Source of the DNA: Octopus bimaculoides
Taxonomy: Eukaryota
NCBI RefSeq assembly: GCF_001194135.2
Contig: NC_068988.1
Location: 35,072,579-35,136,578 of the forward strand
Reading direction: 5' to 3'
Length of the DNA: 64,000 bases
The notes under the pieces were generated by a model. It was not told the origin of the DNA. It saw only the letters and a program-made list of their open reading frames with translations, and did no database searches. This document shows positions 26,350 through 38,969 of the stretch, piece after piece (within the stretch, counting starts at the first letter, position 1; each line of letters begins with the position of its first letter). Made by a program: the position numbers and the translations under genes.

Positions 26350-27159
26350 TATCTTCATTATTCTTTTTTCCCCGCTTTTTGCTACCTTCAAATTTGAGTT
26401 ATCAAGTAAGATGGCAGATTTCTGGATGGAATCTTAGGTACAGAGCCACTTTCCAACAACACACCGTAACCATAATATAGAGCATCAGTTGCATTTAAGG
26501 CTTAATTAAGGTTTGGTTCCATTCACCCCTGTCAACTCTCATAGATGGCTGAGTCCTTCTGGTTTTTATTTAATGGTTTGTTTGTTTATCTTAATCATGT
26601 CGTTGATTCTGTGTCTTGTTTGTAATTATTCTGTTTGAAAAATATGTCAAAAATCATTAGTTTAGGAATGTCATAAGTTATTTTGTTATAAAATATGTGT
26701 GTGCATATATATATAGAGAGAGACACACACACACACATACATACATATATCCATTGTCTGTATATATGTATAAATGTTGATGCATATATATGTTCATATG
26801 TACATATGTGAGTTTTTTTCTGTGTATATTTATTTGTGTATAGTTGTGTGTGTATATATGTATATATGCATGGGCGTGTGTTTATACATATGTATATAAA
26901 AAAAAAAACATTGATAAGCTATATCTTCAAAGTTAGATTTTAAACAATATTCAAAATGACATCATCAATATTTTGTCATGCTGTAAGCTAATTTTTATAT
27001 AAAATGAAAATTATTGAAATTGAATATATTGTAATTTCATAATTGGAAACAGGTTATTTTTTCCTTTGTTATTTTCACTCAATTTAGTACAATACAGTTT
27101 TATTTTCTTTTACTGTGTTTTGCTGAAATTAATTTAGCCAAACACATATAATAACACTT

Positions 27160-27635
27160 GTAGCCAAATAAGCAGCTGGGAACCAACAAGTATTGATAAA
27201 TATGTATAGAAGATGGGAGTAGCAAGGATGTAAAATATGCAGTGTCATTGTTTATAGTTTATATATCATCATTAGGATGTCTGTGGCCCTTAACAAGCTC
27301 AATTTATGTTCCCTTAAAATTTGAAATTTCTATAATGTATGTAACATTCAAAGCCTGAGTAAGTAGCTGAGACAAATAGTCACCAACACATTGGACAAGG
27401 GTTGGTATAGATGTAGAATGTGTAAGGTCAATGCTTGATACACAGTGTCTGCACTTGTGTTTCTGGGGTTCAGTGGAAGCTTAATTTTGGTGCCCTCAGG
27501 ATTATAGTATCTATAACATGTACTGCCTGAGTAAGCATCTGGAAATATGTATTGAAAGTATTGACAAATATGTATAACACACAAGGTAGCATGGATGTAG
27601 AATATTTAATGCCATCGGTTGATACGTAGGGTCCT
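27160..27635. repeat. Diverged tandem triplicate, unit about 184 bp
   Basis: Anchor GATGTA(A/G)AAT at 27227, 27410 and 27594; GCCTGAGTAAG in units 2 and 3; AAGTATTGA.AAATATGTATA in units 1 and 3. Confidence 0.65.
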
Positions 27636-27787
27636 CACAAGGTTTGGGGGAGAGGTCCAGAGCAGACTTATACTCAGTTCTAGAATTATGATACCTATAA
27701 TATTTGGCAAGGAAAACTACAAATGTCAGAATAACGTATAAATTACATTACACAAGTTAAACAGAAGAGTTCAAACATTGTATGGTC

Positions 27788-28120
27788 ATCATCATCATCA
27801 TACTTTAACGTCCGTTTTCCATGCTGGCATGGCTTGGCCGGGTTGATGGCTATCATGAGCATCATCATACTTTAACGTCCATTTTCCATGCCAGCATGGG
27901 CTGGACGGTTTGACCAGGGCTGCACCAGGCTCCAGTTTGATTCGGATTGGTTTCTGTGGTTGTATGCCCTTCCTAATGCCAATCATTTTTCAGTGTACAC
28001 TGGGTGCTTTTAGCATGCCACAGACATGAGTGCTTTTATGTGGCATCAGTACAGGGCTTCTGCTGTGGAGGACAGGCCTCCTTGAGTACAGTAAGACACC
28101 AGGTATCTCGGTCCAGGTCT
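27788..28120 (-). repeat. Repeat family F with a tandemly duplicated 3' end
   Basis: CATCATCATACTTTAACGTCC(G/A)TTTTCCATGC occurs twice about 69 bp apart, followed by TGCCCTTCCTAATGCCAATC. Confidence 0.7.
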
Positions 28121-28354
28121 TTTCATGAATATAACTCAGAGGGAGAGAGACAGGCAGACTGACACACAGAGAAAGAAAGACAGAAAGATTGTCTACATTA
28201 CTCACAGTGATTTCAACACATTTTCAAATAATGAGTTGAAGATGGATGGATGAGAAAAATTCTGATGATTGCCATTGGACTCCTGCAGATGTAAAAAAAT
28301 TTTCTCTTTTATAGAAAAGATTACTAACAACAGAATAATAGATCTTATCTATTA

Positions 28355-28715
28355 TCTTTTAGCTTTTATTTGTTTTTGCCATTCGACTGTGGCCTTGCTG
28401 GGGCACTTTCCCCCTCGAAGAGTTTATTTAAAACAAATCTACTATAATATTTATTTTTTAAAGTCTGGCACTCATTCTACCAATCTCTTTTGCTGAAACA
28501 CTGAGTTACGGGGGCATAAATAAACTAACAATGGTTGTCTCTTAAGCAATGGCAGGGAACACACATATGATGGGTTTCCATGCAGTTTCTGTCTACCAAC
28601 TCTATTTACAAGGCATTGGTTGATCCGGGGCTTTTGTAGAAGTCACTTGCCCAAAGTGTCGCATGGTGGAGCCGAATCCGAAAATATGTGGTTGCAGAGC
28701 GAGCTTCGTAACCAT
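28355..28715 (-). mobile_element. SINE family A
   Basis: CATTCGACTGTGGCCTTGCTGGGGCAC...CAGTTTCTGTCTACCAAC...CACTTGCCCAAAGTG. Confidence 0.8.
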
Positions 28716-29084
28716 ATGGCCATGATACTGAATAAAAACACACAGCATTCTAACAAAGCTATATATTTTTGTTCTTGACTTTAGACCTGCAAATGTTATC
28801 ATAATAATTTCTAAATAACTTGTCCCCTTTTCCAATGGTGTGTTAACTTTGTAGAATACTTGATTCATAAGATTATCTCCTTTTCTCACATGGACCTGGT
28901 ATTAATTGTCATTTAGTATTTATGACACATCCTCTAGAAGTGGAGATAATTTAAATAAATCAAGAATTTATGTTACTCAGTATTTTTTATAATTATAGTT
29001 GTCCATATTGTTCAAATACATTCCACAGGCTTTTCTGAGTTGTTTCACTTAGCTCATGTTCGTTTGAATTATGGAAACTAAAGG

Positions 29085-29372
29085 GTAAAGACCCCTTTCA
29101 GTCATGAATGGCTATGGGATTGCTTTCAGAAAGTTCCCCTTCGAGGCACAAGTCCGGGCAAGCTTGTTTATGGCAAACCAGTTTCCCCTCTGACACCACC
29201 AATATTATCCAAGAGAAAGGCAAAAGCCAATACAGCCTGGCACAACTGAATGAACTGGAGCAACATGACATAAAGTGTCTTGCTCAAGAACACAGCACAG
29301 CCCGGTCCAGGAATCGAACTTACTACCCCATGATAGTGAGCCCAACCCTTTAACCACTGAGCCATGCGCCTT
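29085..29372 (-). mobile_element. SINE family C, tail type 1 (internally deleted)
   Basis: GGTAAAGACCCCTTTCAGTCATGAATG...GTGTCTTGCTCAAGAACACAGCACAGCCCGGTCCAGGAATCGAAC...AACCACTGAGCCATGCGCCTTCA. Confidence 0.85.
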
Positions 29373-29755
29373 CAATATAGAAATTACTCTGGCTATAATT
29401 ACTTTCTCTTTTTGTATAAGTTTAAATCCTTTAACAACTGGACAATTGTTGTGCTGATAAGGCTTATTGCTGCAGAAACGTGAGTCCACATCTTTCGTCT
29501 TGTCTCCAGACAATAGGCCTATCTTTTTATTTAATGGTTTGCTACCTTTGAAAAATTCATAATTCTTGAGATCATATCCTCTTCTCCTATGGATTTGTCT
29601 TAATTGCCATTTGGTAATTATGACACATCATCTAGAAGCTAAAATAATTGTAATAAATCATAAATTTCTGTTGTATGGTCACCATATATATNNNNNNNNN
29701 NNNNNNNNNNNNNNNNNNNNNNNNNNNNNNNNNNNNNNNNNNNNNNNNNNNNNNN

Positions 29756-29788
<33 letters not shown>

Positions 29789-31999
29789 TTGTCTATGTTG
29801 TTCATAGACATGCCTCTGGTCACGCTTGAATTATTTCTCTTAGCTCATTTTTATAAAATCGAGTGTATGCACTCGCGTGTGCAAACAATATTATTTTCTG
29901 CTGACAGAATTGTCGAAGAATTTAATCTACGTTGTCTTATCAACGAACAGGAATATGTCTTATAAGCTTTAGTTTTCTACAGCTTTCCTCTTCTGTGACT
30001 CTAGTAAACATATGACGTGTCACTATCTCACTTGCGGCTGATACCCCAGCTGTTTAGCCAACTTAACCCGGCTTTCAACTGACCCTGTTGATTTGTAGCA
30101 GTAGCAGCAGCAGTTGTTGTTGTTTAGGTTCTGGACACTCCTAGCCGAGAATGAAAATCATCAAGGACAATCTAAACGTGACTATACTGTCTTTCATCTA
30201 GACATTTTACGTGTCTAGAACTTTATCTAAATGTGACCGTCATTCACTTTTGAAGACGCTAGGGCGTAATGCGTAGTAGATTTGACTGCTCTTTTTAACA
30301 AATTCGACGATCAATTAAAGTCTCCATATTTTCGCTGGTCAGAACGTGAGAGACTTGGGAAAAGGTAATTAGTACTTTCAGATGAGACTGAGAAGAATGT
30401 TTGGTCGTCTTGAAATATATGTTGACACTTCATCAATACAAATGGACAGAATATTTAAGTAGACAGCTATCATTTTCAATATAGTGAATCAATACATTTT
30501 AATTAATTAAAATAACATCTGCACTGACGAGAAAAGGGGAAAAAAAAATCTCATTAGCTTAATGACTAATTTTTTTTGCAAGAATGTAAGGGAGACAATC
30601 CACGAATTTAACTCAATGAGCTCTGACTGTATTGTAGACTTGTCGTTTGACAATTGGTTATTTGTGATGATGATGATGATGATGGTTATTTGTGATGATG
30701 ATGATGATGATTGGTTCCCTGTCTGCCTTAATAAAGCAACACCAAGATTAAAGCCATGCCATCCGTAACCACTCCGTTTTTATTCTTGCGTGTAAAAAGA
30801 AAAACAATCAGTCATGACGGTATTGTCTAATGTGTCCTTTTCTACGACGGTGGGGGTAGGTGTGATGTGAAGGAGATTTTGTGACTATGTGTTGCACGTG
30901 GAAAGATTGCGTAGAAGCTTCCAGATGTGGATAAGTAGATGTTTTTTTTTTTTCGAACTACAAGGTTTGCTTGGAACTTGTGTTTATCGCTGACTTCACT
31001 CACTTTAAGAATCATTGCACCAGTCTATCTGACACAGCTTGCTTCGTTCGTGGAAAGAAACTAATTTTAGCGTGAGGCAAAGCAATGAATCACCTGTAAA
31101 TTTCATATAATGTTGCTAGTTTATCTGCAATGCCTCCCGTGGAAGCCTCTGCATCGTGACTCTTCTTCCTAGAAAGTGCAGTTAATTTCTCTCACTTCAA
31201 ACCTTACCATTTTTTGTTAATTACACTCCGTTCCCCTCCTAACGTTTTCCTTTTGTTCTTTTTTTTTATTTCTTGTTCTTCATTTATATGTAAGACTGGT
31301 TATTCTTCATACTTTCTACAGAAACTATTTCCTGACGATGTGATTCTTATATCTTGCCGCAACGAAGATGATTAACGATAGATAATTGAGAAACCTACTA
31401 CACAGTTAATTAAATTGAGGAAGAACTATTATAATTAGGGCAGTTTTTCAAACACAAAATGCTTCAATCAAACAGCATTACATCCGTAGTAAATGGAGAA
31501 AAACGATGAAACACAGTAATGCCTATACATATAGATATAGAAATATCTAGGAAATAGTTCTAAAAACTTAGGTTTAATTATATAAACATAACACTTTCTG
31601 AAAAAATATTTTACCACTTTTTGCTTCGTTCCTTATCCCTACCTTAATAAAGAAAAGAATAACCGTTAATGATAATTCTTTTCAAGAAATACGCATGAAA
31701 TAACTCCAGAAGCTAAATTGATTATGCACTGAATGTAGGTTTGCTTTGGTTAGTATTGTCGATTGTTAATCTGACTTTATCGCAAATTTATGGTTATTGA
31801 TTGTGTGCTAGGAAGTGAACCATTCAGAGACCAATACTGAATGCCTACGTATGCGACATGGCTATATTGTTAGTGTCACATTGATTGAGCATTCATTTTT
31901 TCGGACAGAACTCACACCCTATTAGCTCGGCATTTTACTCCAATAGCAATGTAACCCCTACCCTTCCCGCAGCAAGGCAATGCACTGAGGGCAATAGTA

Positions 32000-32340
32000 A
32001 TGTTTCTGTTGACTGGCACTACTCCGTTGGTTGCGACGACGAGGGTTCCAGTTGATCCAGTCAACAGAGTAGCCTGCTCGTGATATCAACGTTCACGTGA
32101 CTGAGCACTCCACAGACACGCGTACTCTTAACATAGTTCTCAGGGAGATTTAGCGTGACACAAAATGTGACAAGGCTGGCCCTTTGAAATACAGGTACTA
32201 GTAGTTTTTGGCAGTTGAGTGGACTGCAGCAACGTGAAATAAAGTGTCTTGTCCAAGGTCACAACGCACCATCGAGAACTGAACCTACGACCTTTCACTC
32301 TTAAGCCGACTACCCTAACCACTAAGCCACGCGCCTTCAC
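32000..32340 (-). mobile_element. SINE family C, tail type 2, full length
   Basis: Head ends CCTAACCACTAAGCCACGCGCCTTCAC; core CAGTTGAGTGGACTGCAGCAACGTGAAATAAAGTGTCTTG; distinct tail GGCACTACTCCGTTGGTTGCGACGACGAGGGTTCCAGTTGATCC. Confidence 0.85.
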
Positions 32341-33994
32341 AAGCATGCATAAAAGAGTACTAGGATCTCAGACACGTAGGGCCTCCGGCAGCTGATCAAT
32401 GTGCCCGTGTTTTAAAACAGCAGCAGTGCATTGATCTTAGTTTCATCTGCAATTTTGTAAATGATCAACATTTGAGATATTTAACCATCGTAAAAGCATC
32501 GAAGGGAACCGCTTTCTATAGATCACACGACCGGGATTAGAGAGTCTTAGAAACACTGTATCTGAAATAAAGATGTGATGGTCGTAGCTGAAGCATCTCT
32601 GTTCATTAGGTCTGCTCGAGCAGGCTCTAACCTACTACATTACTGTATAGCGACTTTAATATTCTCTTTGTATGTCTAATTAATTAACGGTACCATCGTC
32701 GTCATCATCATCGCTATCGTCGTCGTCGTCAACATAATCATCATCCTCACTATCATCACCATCATTGTCTTCGCCATCAACAGCATTATCAATGCCACCA
32801 TTTCACTTGTCGTCTTCATCGTCATCGTCATTGTCGTAATAATAATATGTTAACCTATAATCATATAAAAGTACTTCCTCACATAAACTTTGTTTGCTCT
32901 TTGACATAATTACACAATACACCTATGATATAACCCGATATATGTGAACGTTAACATAATTAAAAGTCCAGCTGTGAAGATTGGGTTTTAATTAAATTTT
33001 AAGTAAATGTGAGCACGTAATCCGGAAGTGACCTGTCACGATGTTCGAATTTTCTTGTATTGACATTTCTCACCGTGAGTTGACGATCGTTTTGATAAAT
33101 CATGTAATTTACAGGATGCAGAGTGATAAGAGACTAACACAAGCTATGTGTACCAGGCGAGCCTAAGAGACAGAGCCTCTGTTTGGTAAATTTACCTGCT
33201 AACATTATCAACCAAATTTCTTTTGAATCACACTCGAACGTCTCTTAAAAATACACACGTAGGATTATATTGTTTGGAGATCAACTACTGCTTTCTGTAG
33301 TGGTTCTCTTTTGAGGTTTTTGATATTGTATTTTACGTATAAAATATCTCATATTTCTATGGAAATATTAACCTGTATATAAGAAATTTCTCTCTCTTGT
33401 CACTCTATTACTGTATTATTAACGATCTACGACGAAAAAGTAAATGAATGTATGTTAAAGTAAATTATTTTCTTTCTATAATATATATCTAGCATCGTAA
33501 AATGTTTACTTTAGAGAAATTTATTTGCATTGGGTAATGCTATGCTGACGATTTCATAAAAAGATGATATGACATTATGCATGGTTACTTACGACTGGGA
33601 ATTTTAAGATTTTTATTCTATATAAGAAAAAAGAAATATTAAATATGTTTAATCTGTACTCCTTCATAACTCTTCGATTCAAAATTCATTCTTCCAATCT
33701 TGCCCGATTTGATCTAGAAGCGATTGTCTCCTTTACGATAGCTGACCGCCAGGGCATGTCACGTGCATCTCATACCTTCACCCATGATTCCATCACTGGC
33801 AATACTTACGTAAGCAGAAAAATTGAACAAATCACGAAACAAAAGCTGATCTAAAAAAAAAAAAATCAACTCCTCAGTGACCCACCAATACATTAAATTT
33901 GAATGCCTTTTCATAAAGGTTCGATGTCCACCGAGAACTCCTTCCTAAGTAACTCACTTGTAGGTCACTGCCATGAATGGCAATGCTTAATTTT

Positions 33995-34220
33995 TTTAAT
34001 CCTTTCTCTTTTACTTGTGTCATTCATTGGATTGGGTCATTCTAGGGCACCGGCTTGCAATATCTAGCTAAACAAATCAATCCCAAAACTTATTTTTGAA
34101 AATATTGTACGCATTCTGTCGGTTTCTTTTTTCCAAACCTGTGTTAAGAGGACGTAAACAAACCAACACCAGTTGTCAAGTGATGGTTGGCGGACACACA
34201 CAAAATGCACGTGCACACAT

Positions 34221-34259
<39 letters not shown>

Positions 34260-34385
34260 ACACGATAAGATTGTACACTGTCTTCGTTTTTCCATATTTA
34301 CTTACAAGGCATTGGTCAGTCCACGGCTATAGTAGAACAATAGAAAGCACTTGCCGGAAACTATGTGGCAAAGTGAAGTTCTTAA
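33995..34385 (-). mobile_element. SINE family A
   Basis: CATTCATTGGATTGGGTCATTCTAGGGCACCG...(TA)n(TG)n...ACAAGGCATTGGTCAGTCCACGGCTATAGTAGAA. Confidence 0.75.
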
Positions 34386-34399
34386 CACGACGTGTTTAT

Positions 34400-34620
34400 T
34401 TTTTTGACGCTACAAGGCCTCTTCCCACGAACGCGTCGCTAGTCCGTCGCATAATTAATTCCCAAGTTCCATTGGTTGTTATTTTCGACTGAATATACTG
34501 AAGTAATATGATATAAAATGCCTTACCCAAGCACTCAGAGCATCGCCTAGTCCGAGAATCGAATCCACGATCTAACGATTGTGAACCCAAAGACCTTAAT
34601 CACTTGAGCACTCAACTTCA
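34400..34620 (-). mobile_element. SINE family C, decayed
   Basis: CGACTGAATATACTGAAGTAATATGATATAAAATGCCTTACCCAAG...GAATCGAATCCACGATCT...AATCACTTGAGC. Confidence 0.55.
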
Positions 34621-34990
34621 TAAGTACACTATACTTTAAATAAATATAGTGATGTTCATGGCCAGAACACTGTTGTTTGTAGGTTGCTTCATCAAGTTAG
34701 ACATGAGGTAAAACAACAACAGCATTTACGTGTATTTACTTACTTACTCAATGAAACAAGTAGAATAACTTTTGATTAATCAAGACTGTATAATTGCATA
34801 GAGGAAAGATAACATTGTAAAATAACATTTAACAATGACAAGTGTAACAAGAATTCCCAAAGAAAGAAAAAATGTATATTAATTAGCGTACTGGAACTTC
34901 TATGAATTAGAACTAGAAATATGTAATGTTTAGGAACACGAGGATGACCGACTTTTCGCAAACCAGTATTTTCCATGTTTGTTTACATAG

Positions 34991-35662
34991 CTCTTTAGCA
35001 TTTAAACTAGTCATATCTATCTTATATTCAAAGCGACCAGATCCGGCCTTACACGCCTACCTTACAATGTCATTCTAAAAACAAATCATAAAAATCTCAA
35101 AGCTATGAGGTAATGTATAATTAATTCAAGATATTGTGCTTAAATAAGCATTACATTTATACGAAGAACACTGGTGTCTGTTGCGATTTTTGATAAACAA
35201 AAATTTTATTCTTTTCGTGCGCAAAAGCAAATGTTGTTACTACGAACGACAAAAGTTCGAAAAAGTTTTGAATGTTATTGCTCATTGTGTAGTTGTAGCA
35301 GTAGATAAAGTGTGGTTAGCTGCTAGCGGTACTACTGACTTCAAATGGCATTCATCCTCCGACTGTTCATTGCCTTTGTCTTGTCTGCTGCTGTTTGCCA
35401 TCTCCTACAGTGTCTGCCAATACTCTCTGCTGCATCCCAACGCTCTCTGTCATGTAGTCACGGTGTGTCGAATTTATAGTGATTGATAGGCTCAGAAAGA
35501 AGCGCGCCAAAAGATGAAATCGCCACTGGAGCCTATTTCATGCGAAGTTGTGATTGGTCAGAGTTGGTTGATAAGTGGGTAATATTCTAGCGACTCGCGA
35601 CATCGAGTAATTGCTGAATACTCCCATTAGACATTTGAGATAGGAATCTGAATGTTAAAGGG
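34991..35662. mobile_element. Longer (about 670 bp) non-autonomous piggyBac-like element related to the 21301 MITE
   Basis: Left end CTCTTTAGCATT; right end AATCTGAATGTTAAAGGG|TTAA (35663-35666). 34991-35160 aligns with the reverse complement of 21301-21520 (e.g. TTACAATGTCATTCTAAAAA); about 470 bp of extra internal sequence. Confidence 0.65.
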
Positions 35663-36749
35663 TTAAAGATCACGAGCAGTCATATATTTCGATAACGAGG
35701 ATGATGTACCTGATGAACGCACTGTCGACTGAACTAATGACAGGCAGCATTAACTGTGTAGTAGCACCAAGGTTGCTGTCTTCTTTTAAGACTTGGTACA
35801 CTAGAAAAATTACACGAAATCACATCATAGACACACATACCAACATCAGTGGGGGTGTAATAGATAGCCAAAGGTTTGTATCTGACGTATATATTTCTCA
35901 CGATAGCACTCTAAATAACATAATATAATGTTTAGAGTTACGACATTTTGTCGACATGAAAAATGTTAGATAACGGAATTTAAACCTCTGAAAAATAAAA
36001 TCCACATATCACAACATTTTATGCAAAATATATATATATTTATTTCTTTTCTATTTTTCTTTTAACTTCTATGACATTTCTAAGTAACTTTTATGACATT
36101 TTCATATAAATAACTTTTATGTGTGTGTGTGTGTTTTGTTTTCGCCAGTTGTGACACACGAAAAGATTTTTAGTAATGGAACGAAAATATTAAACACACA
36201 AAAAATAATAACTGTAGCAGCAACAGTACTGGTAGTATTTAAATCCAAAGATATCTCTTGATGATTGTGCTGGTATTTGATTATGGTAAATTATGTTGCT
36301 GTTATTATTATTAGCAGTAGTAGTAGCGGAAGCAGCGGGAGTAAGAGCAGTAGAATTGATGACATGAGGGACGTGCTACCTCCCACTGAATTTGTGAAAA
36401 GATGGGTAGCTGTGGAAAAAAAATGTTTAGTATGAATTTAGGAGCATTACTCTAAGCATATACCTGTAGATTGGAGATCATTTTGCAAAGGGCCCGTACC
36501 TTTGATGGTCAGAGCAGTCGTGGATATGTAGGGATTCTAGATTGACCCTAGTTGAAGTTTCTCCTGTACCAGGAGGACTGAATCATTCATGTTATCACAT
36601 ATTTTATATACTAGGTGCACTCTTATCTCACTTCACCGCCTTTTCTATTTCCTTCACCTAAGATCCCACGCAAATTGTTCACTGTACTTGTGATGTCTCC
36701 CTCATCGATGACCTTGTGGCTGATAAAAGAAATAACGATTATTATTATC

Positions 36750-36968
36750 ATGATTATTAAGGCGACGAACTGGCAGAATCGTTAGCACACCGGGTGAAAT
36801 GCTTAGCGGATTTACGTCTGTATTCACGTTCTGAGTTCAAATTCTGCCGAGGTCAATTTTTATCTTTCATCCTTTCGGGGTCGATAAAATAAGAACCAGT
36901 TAAATGTAATCGACTTACCCTCTCTCTCACAGTTTTTGGCCTTGTGCCAAAATTTGAAATCATTATTA
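36750..36968 (+). mobile_element. SINE family B, full length
   Basis: AAGGCGACGAACTGGCAGAATCGTTAGCAC (A-box-like), TTCTGAGTTCAAATTC (B-box-like), CTTTCATCCTTTCGGGGTCGATAAAATAAG, with ATT-rich flanks. The central motif resembles the MetaSINE-type domain (recalled, not verified). Confidence 0.9.
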
Positions 36969-38384
36969 CTATAAATACACCTTATTGCCGTTATGGTCTT
37001 GCAGAGAAAGCCCCACCCCCAATAAAATAAAGTACTAGAACGTGTAGAATGCAATTTTCATATAGATTAGAGACTATATATATTAGAGAATATATATATT
37101 AGAGACTATATATATATATATATATCTCAGCTTTTTTTTGTTATTGCCTAATATTTATGGTTTTGTACCAGAGTTAGAAATCATTATCCTTGTTGTTATT
37201 TTTTCGCTGCTGATAGTATTTTTCTTCAAAGATTACTGTTTATTACATACACACACACATACATACATATAANNNNNNNNNNATATATACGTGTGTGTAT
37301 GTGGTGTGTATGACTTTATATGTATAACACATATATGTTTATATGTTATAACAAACGAGTATCCTTGAAGTAAATACTAACAACAACCATGGTAATAATA
37401 GTAACGATTCCTAACACTGTTTGAAAACCATAAATAAGAAACACAACAACAGCAGCAGCAACAGGACTGAGAATCACAATTTAGGAGCATTAATCCCGAA
37501 ACATCAACCAAAAAAAAAATATATATATTAATCCACTTCCTCCCTCAAAACATGAAAACACACGCACCTATACACACACTCACGCATGCACACATAGACT
37601 TACTCACACGCAGAAGGTAAGGAAAAAAAATCTAAAAGAATTATTGTTTAAAATATAGATAAGAAACTCTCTTCTCTTGAATTCTTCTGCTGCTCACAAA
37701 CTAATTCTTATTCGCTAGAGAAATTGGTAAAATTCGGAGACAGCAATTTTTCATTTTCCTAGAAACAGCACGTTTGTGTGTATGTGGTTTATGTAATTGG
37801 GGAAGCCAAAGGAGTGTTTGCAGATGCATTGGAATACGATTGGCTGTGATGATGGAGGATGTGGCAGGGAATTGATTTAGCGTTAGCAGCGAGTGAAACA
37901 AATAAGAGCAGAAGTGATAAAAACTTAACACATTTTGTTTTCCAAAATAATAATAAAAATAATAATGATGATGATGATGTTGATGAAAAAGAATGAAAAA
38001 GAAACATGTATTTTTCCTTACAGCTTTACAAGAGGAATTGCTCAGAGGCATACGTATGTTAGTTTGTGCATGTGTTTGTTTTGATTTATTCTTGCAGCTC
38101 TTACTTTTCCAATATATGACTCTTGTTGTTGGTGGTGACGACGACGACGATGATGATGATAATGAACGATAGTGATGATGATGATGATGAGGAAGTGGAT
38201 GATAATGATTTATTTTACTTTCTTAATCTACAATTCAGAAAGATTGTACAAGGTTAAATATATCACGTTGCATTTTCAAGACCCTGTAGGGCAAACGTTG
38301 TGGTGTTGTGAACCCTATGCTGTATGTTCCTTTTAGCTCGAATATTATTATTATTATTATTATTATTGCTGTTGTTATAAAGAA

Positions 38385-38511
38385 GGCAACGAGCTAGCAG
38401 TATCGTTAGCACGCTGGACGAAATGCTTAGTGGTATTTCGCCATCGCTACGTTCTGAGTTCAAATTCCATCGAGGTCGACTTGTAGAATGTAATTTGCAT
38501 ATAGATTAGAG

Positions 38512-38586
<75 letters not shown>

Positions 38587-38715
38587 TGGTATGAGTTTAT
38601 GCTTTTCATCCTTTCGGGGTCGATAAATTAAGTACCAGTGAAACATTGGGGTCGACGTAATTGACTTATCCCTCACTCCCAAATTTCAGGCCTTATGCCA
38701 CTAGTAGAAAGGGTT
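38385..38715 (+). mobile_element. SINE family B interrupted by an insertion of about 115 bp
   Basis: GAGGTCGACT (38472-38481) is separated from its continuation CTTTTCATCCTTTCGGGGTCG (about 38602) by foreign sequence; (ATT)n lies on both flanks. Confidence 0.85.
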
Positions 38716-38969
38716 ATTATTATTATTGTTGTTGTTGTTGTTGCTGTCATTAATAATCATAATAAAAGCCGTGAGCTATAAAAATCGTTAGAAAACTGTT
38801 TTGCTGTATTTCTTTTGGCTCTTTATTTTCTGAGTTCAAATCCCTACAAAGGCAACATTGTTTTCCATTCGTCCAGGGTCGATAAGATAAGGAACCAGAG
38901 TCGTGGCTTTGATTAAATCCTTTCTCACAAAACTGCAGACTTTGTCAGCGTAACAATGATGATAATGAT

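Noticed and set aside
29908-31375. Candidate plus-strand terminal exons 29908-29965 (IVEEFNLRCLINEQEYVL*) and 31322-31375 (KLFPDDVILISCRNEDD*)
   Set aside because: Good acceptors, but under 20 codons, unrecognised and mutually redundant; indistinguishable from chance without RNA data.
32270-32340. tRNA-like sequences with A and B boxes (also 36750-36845, 57670-57743)
   Set aside because: They continue into SINE bodies and lack a complete cloverleaf; these are SINE heads, not tRNA genes.
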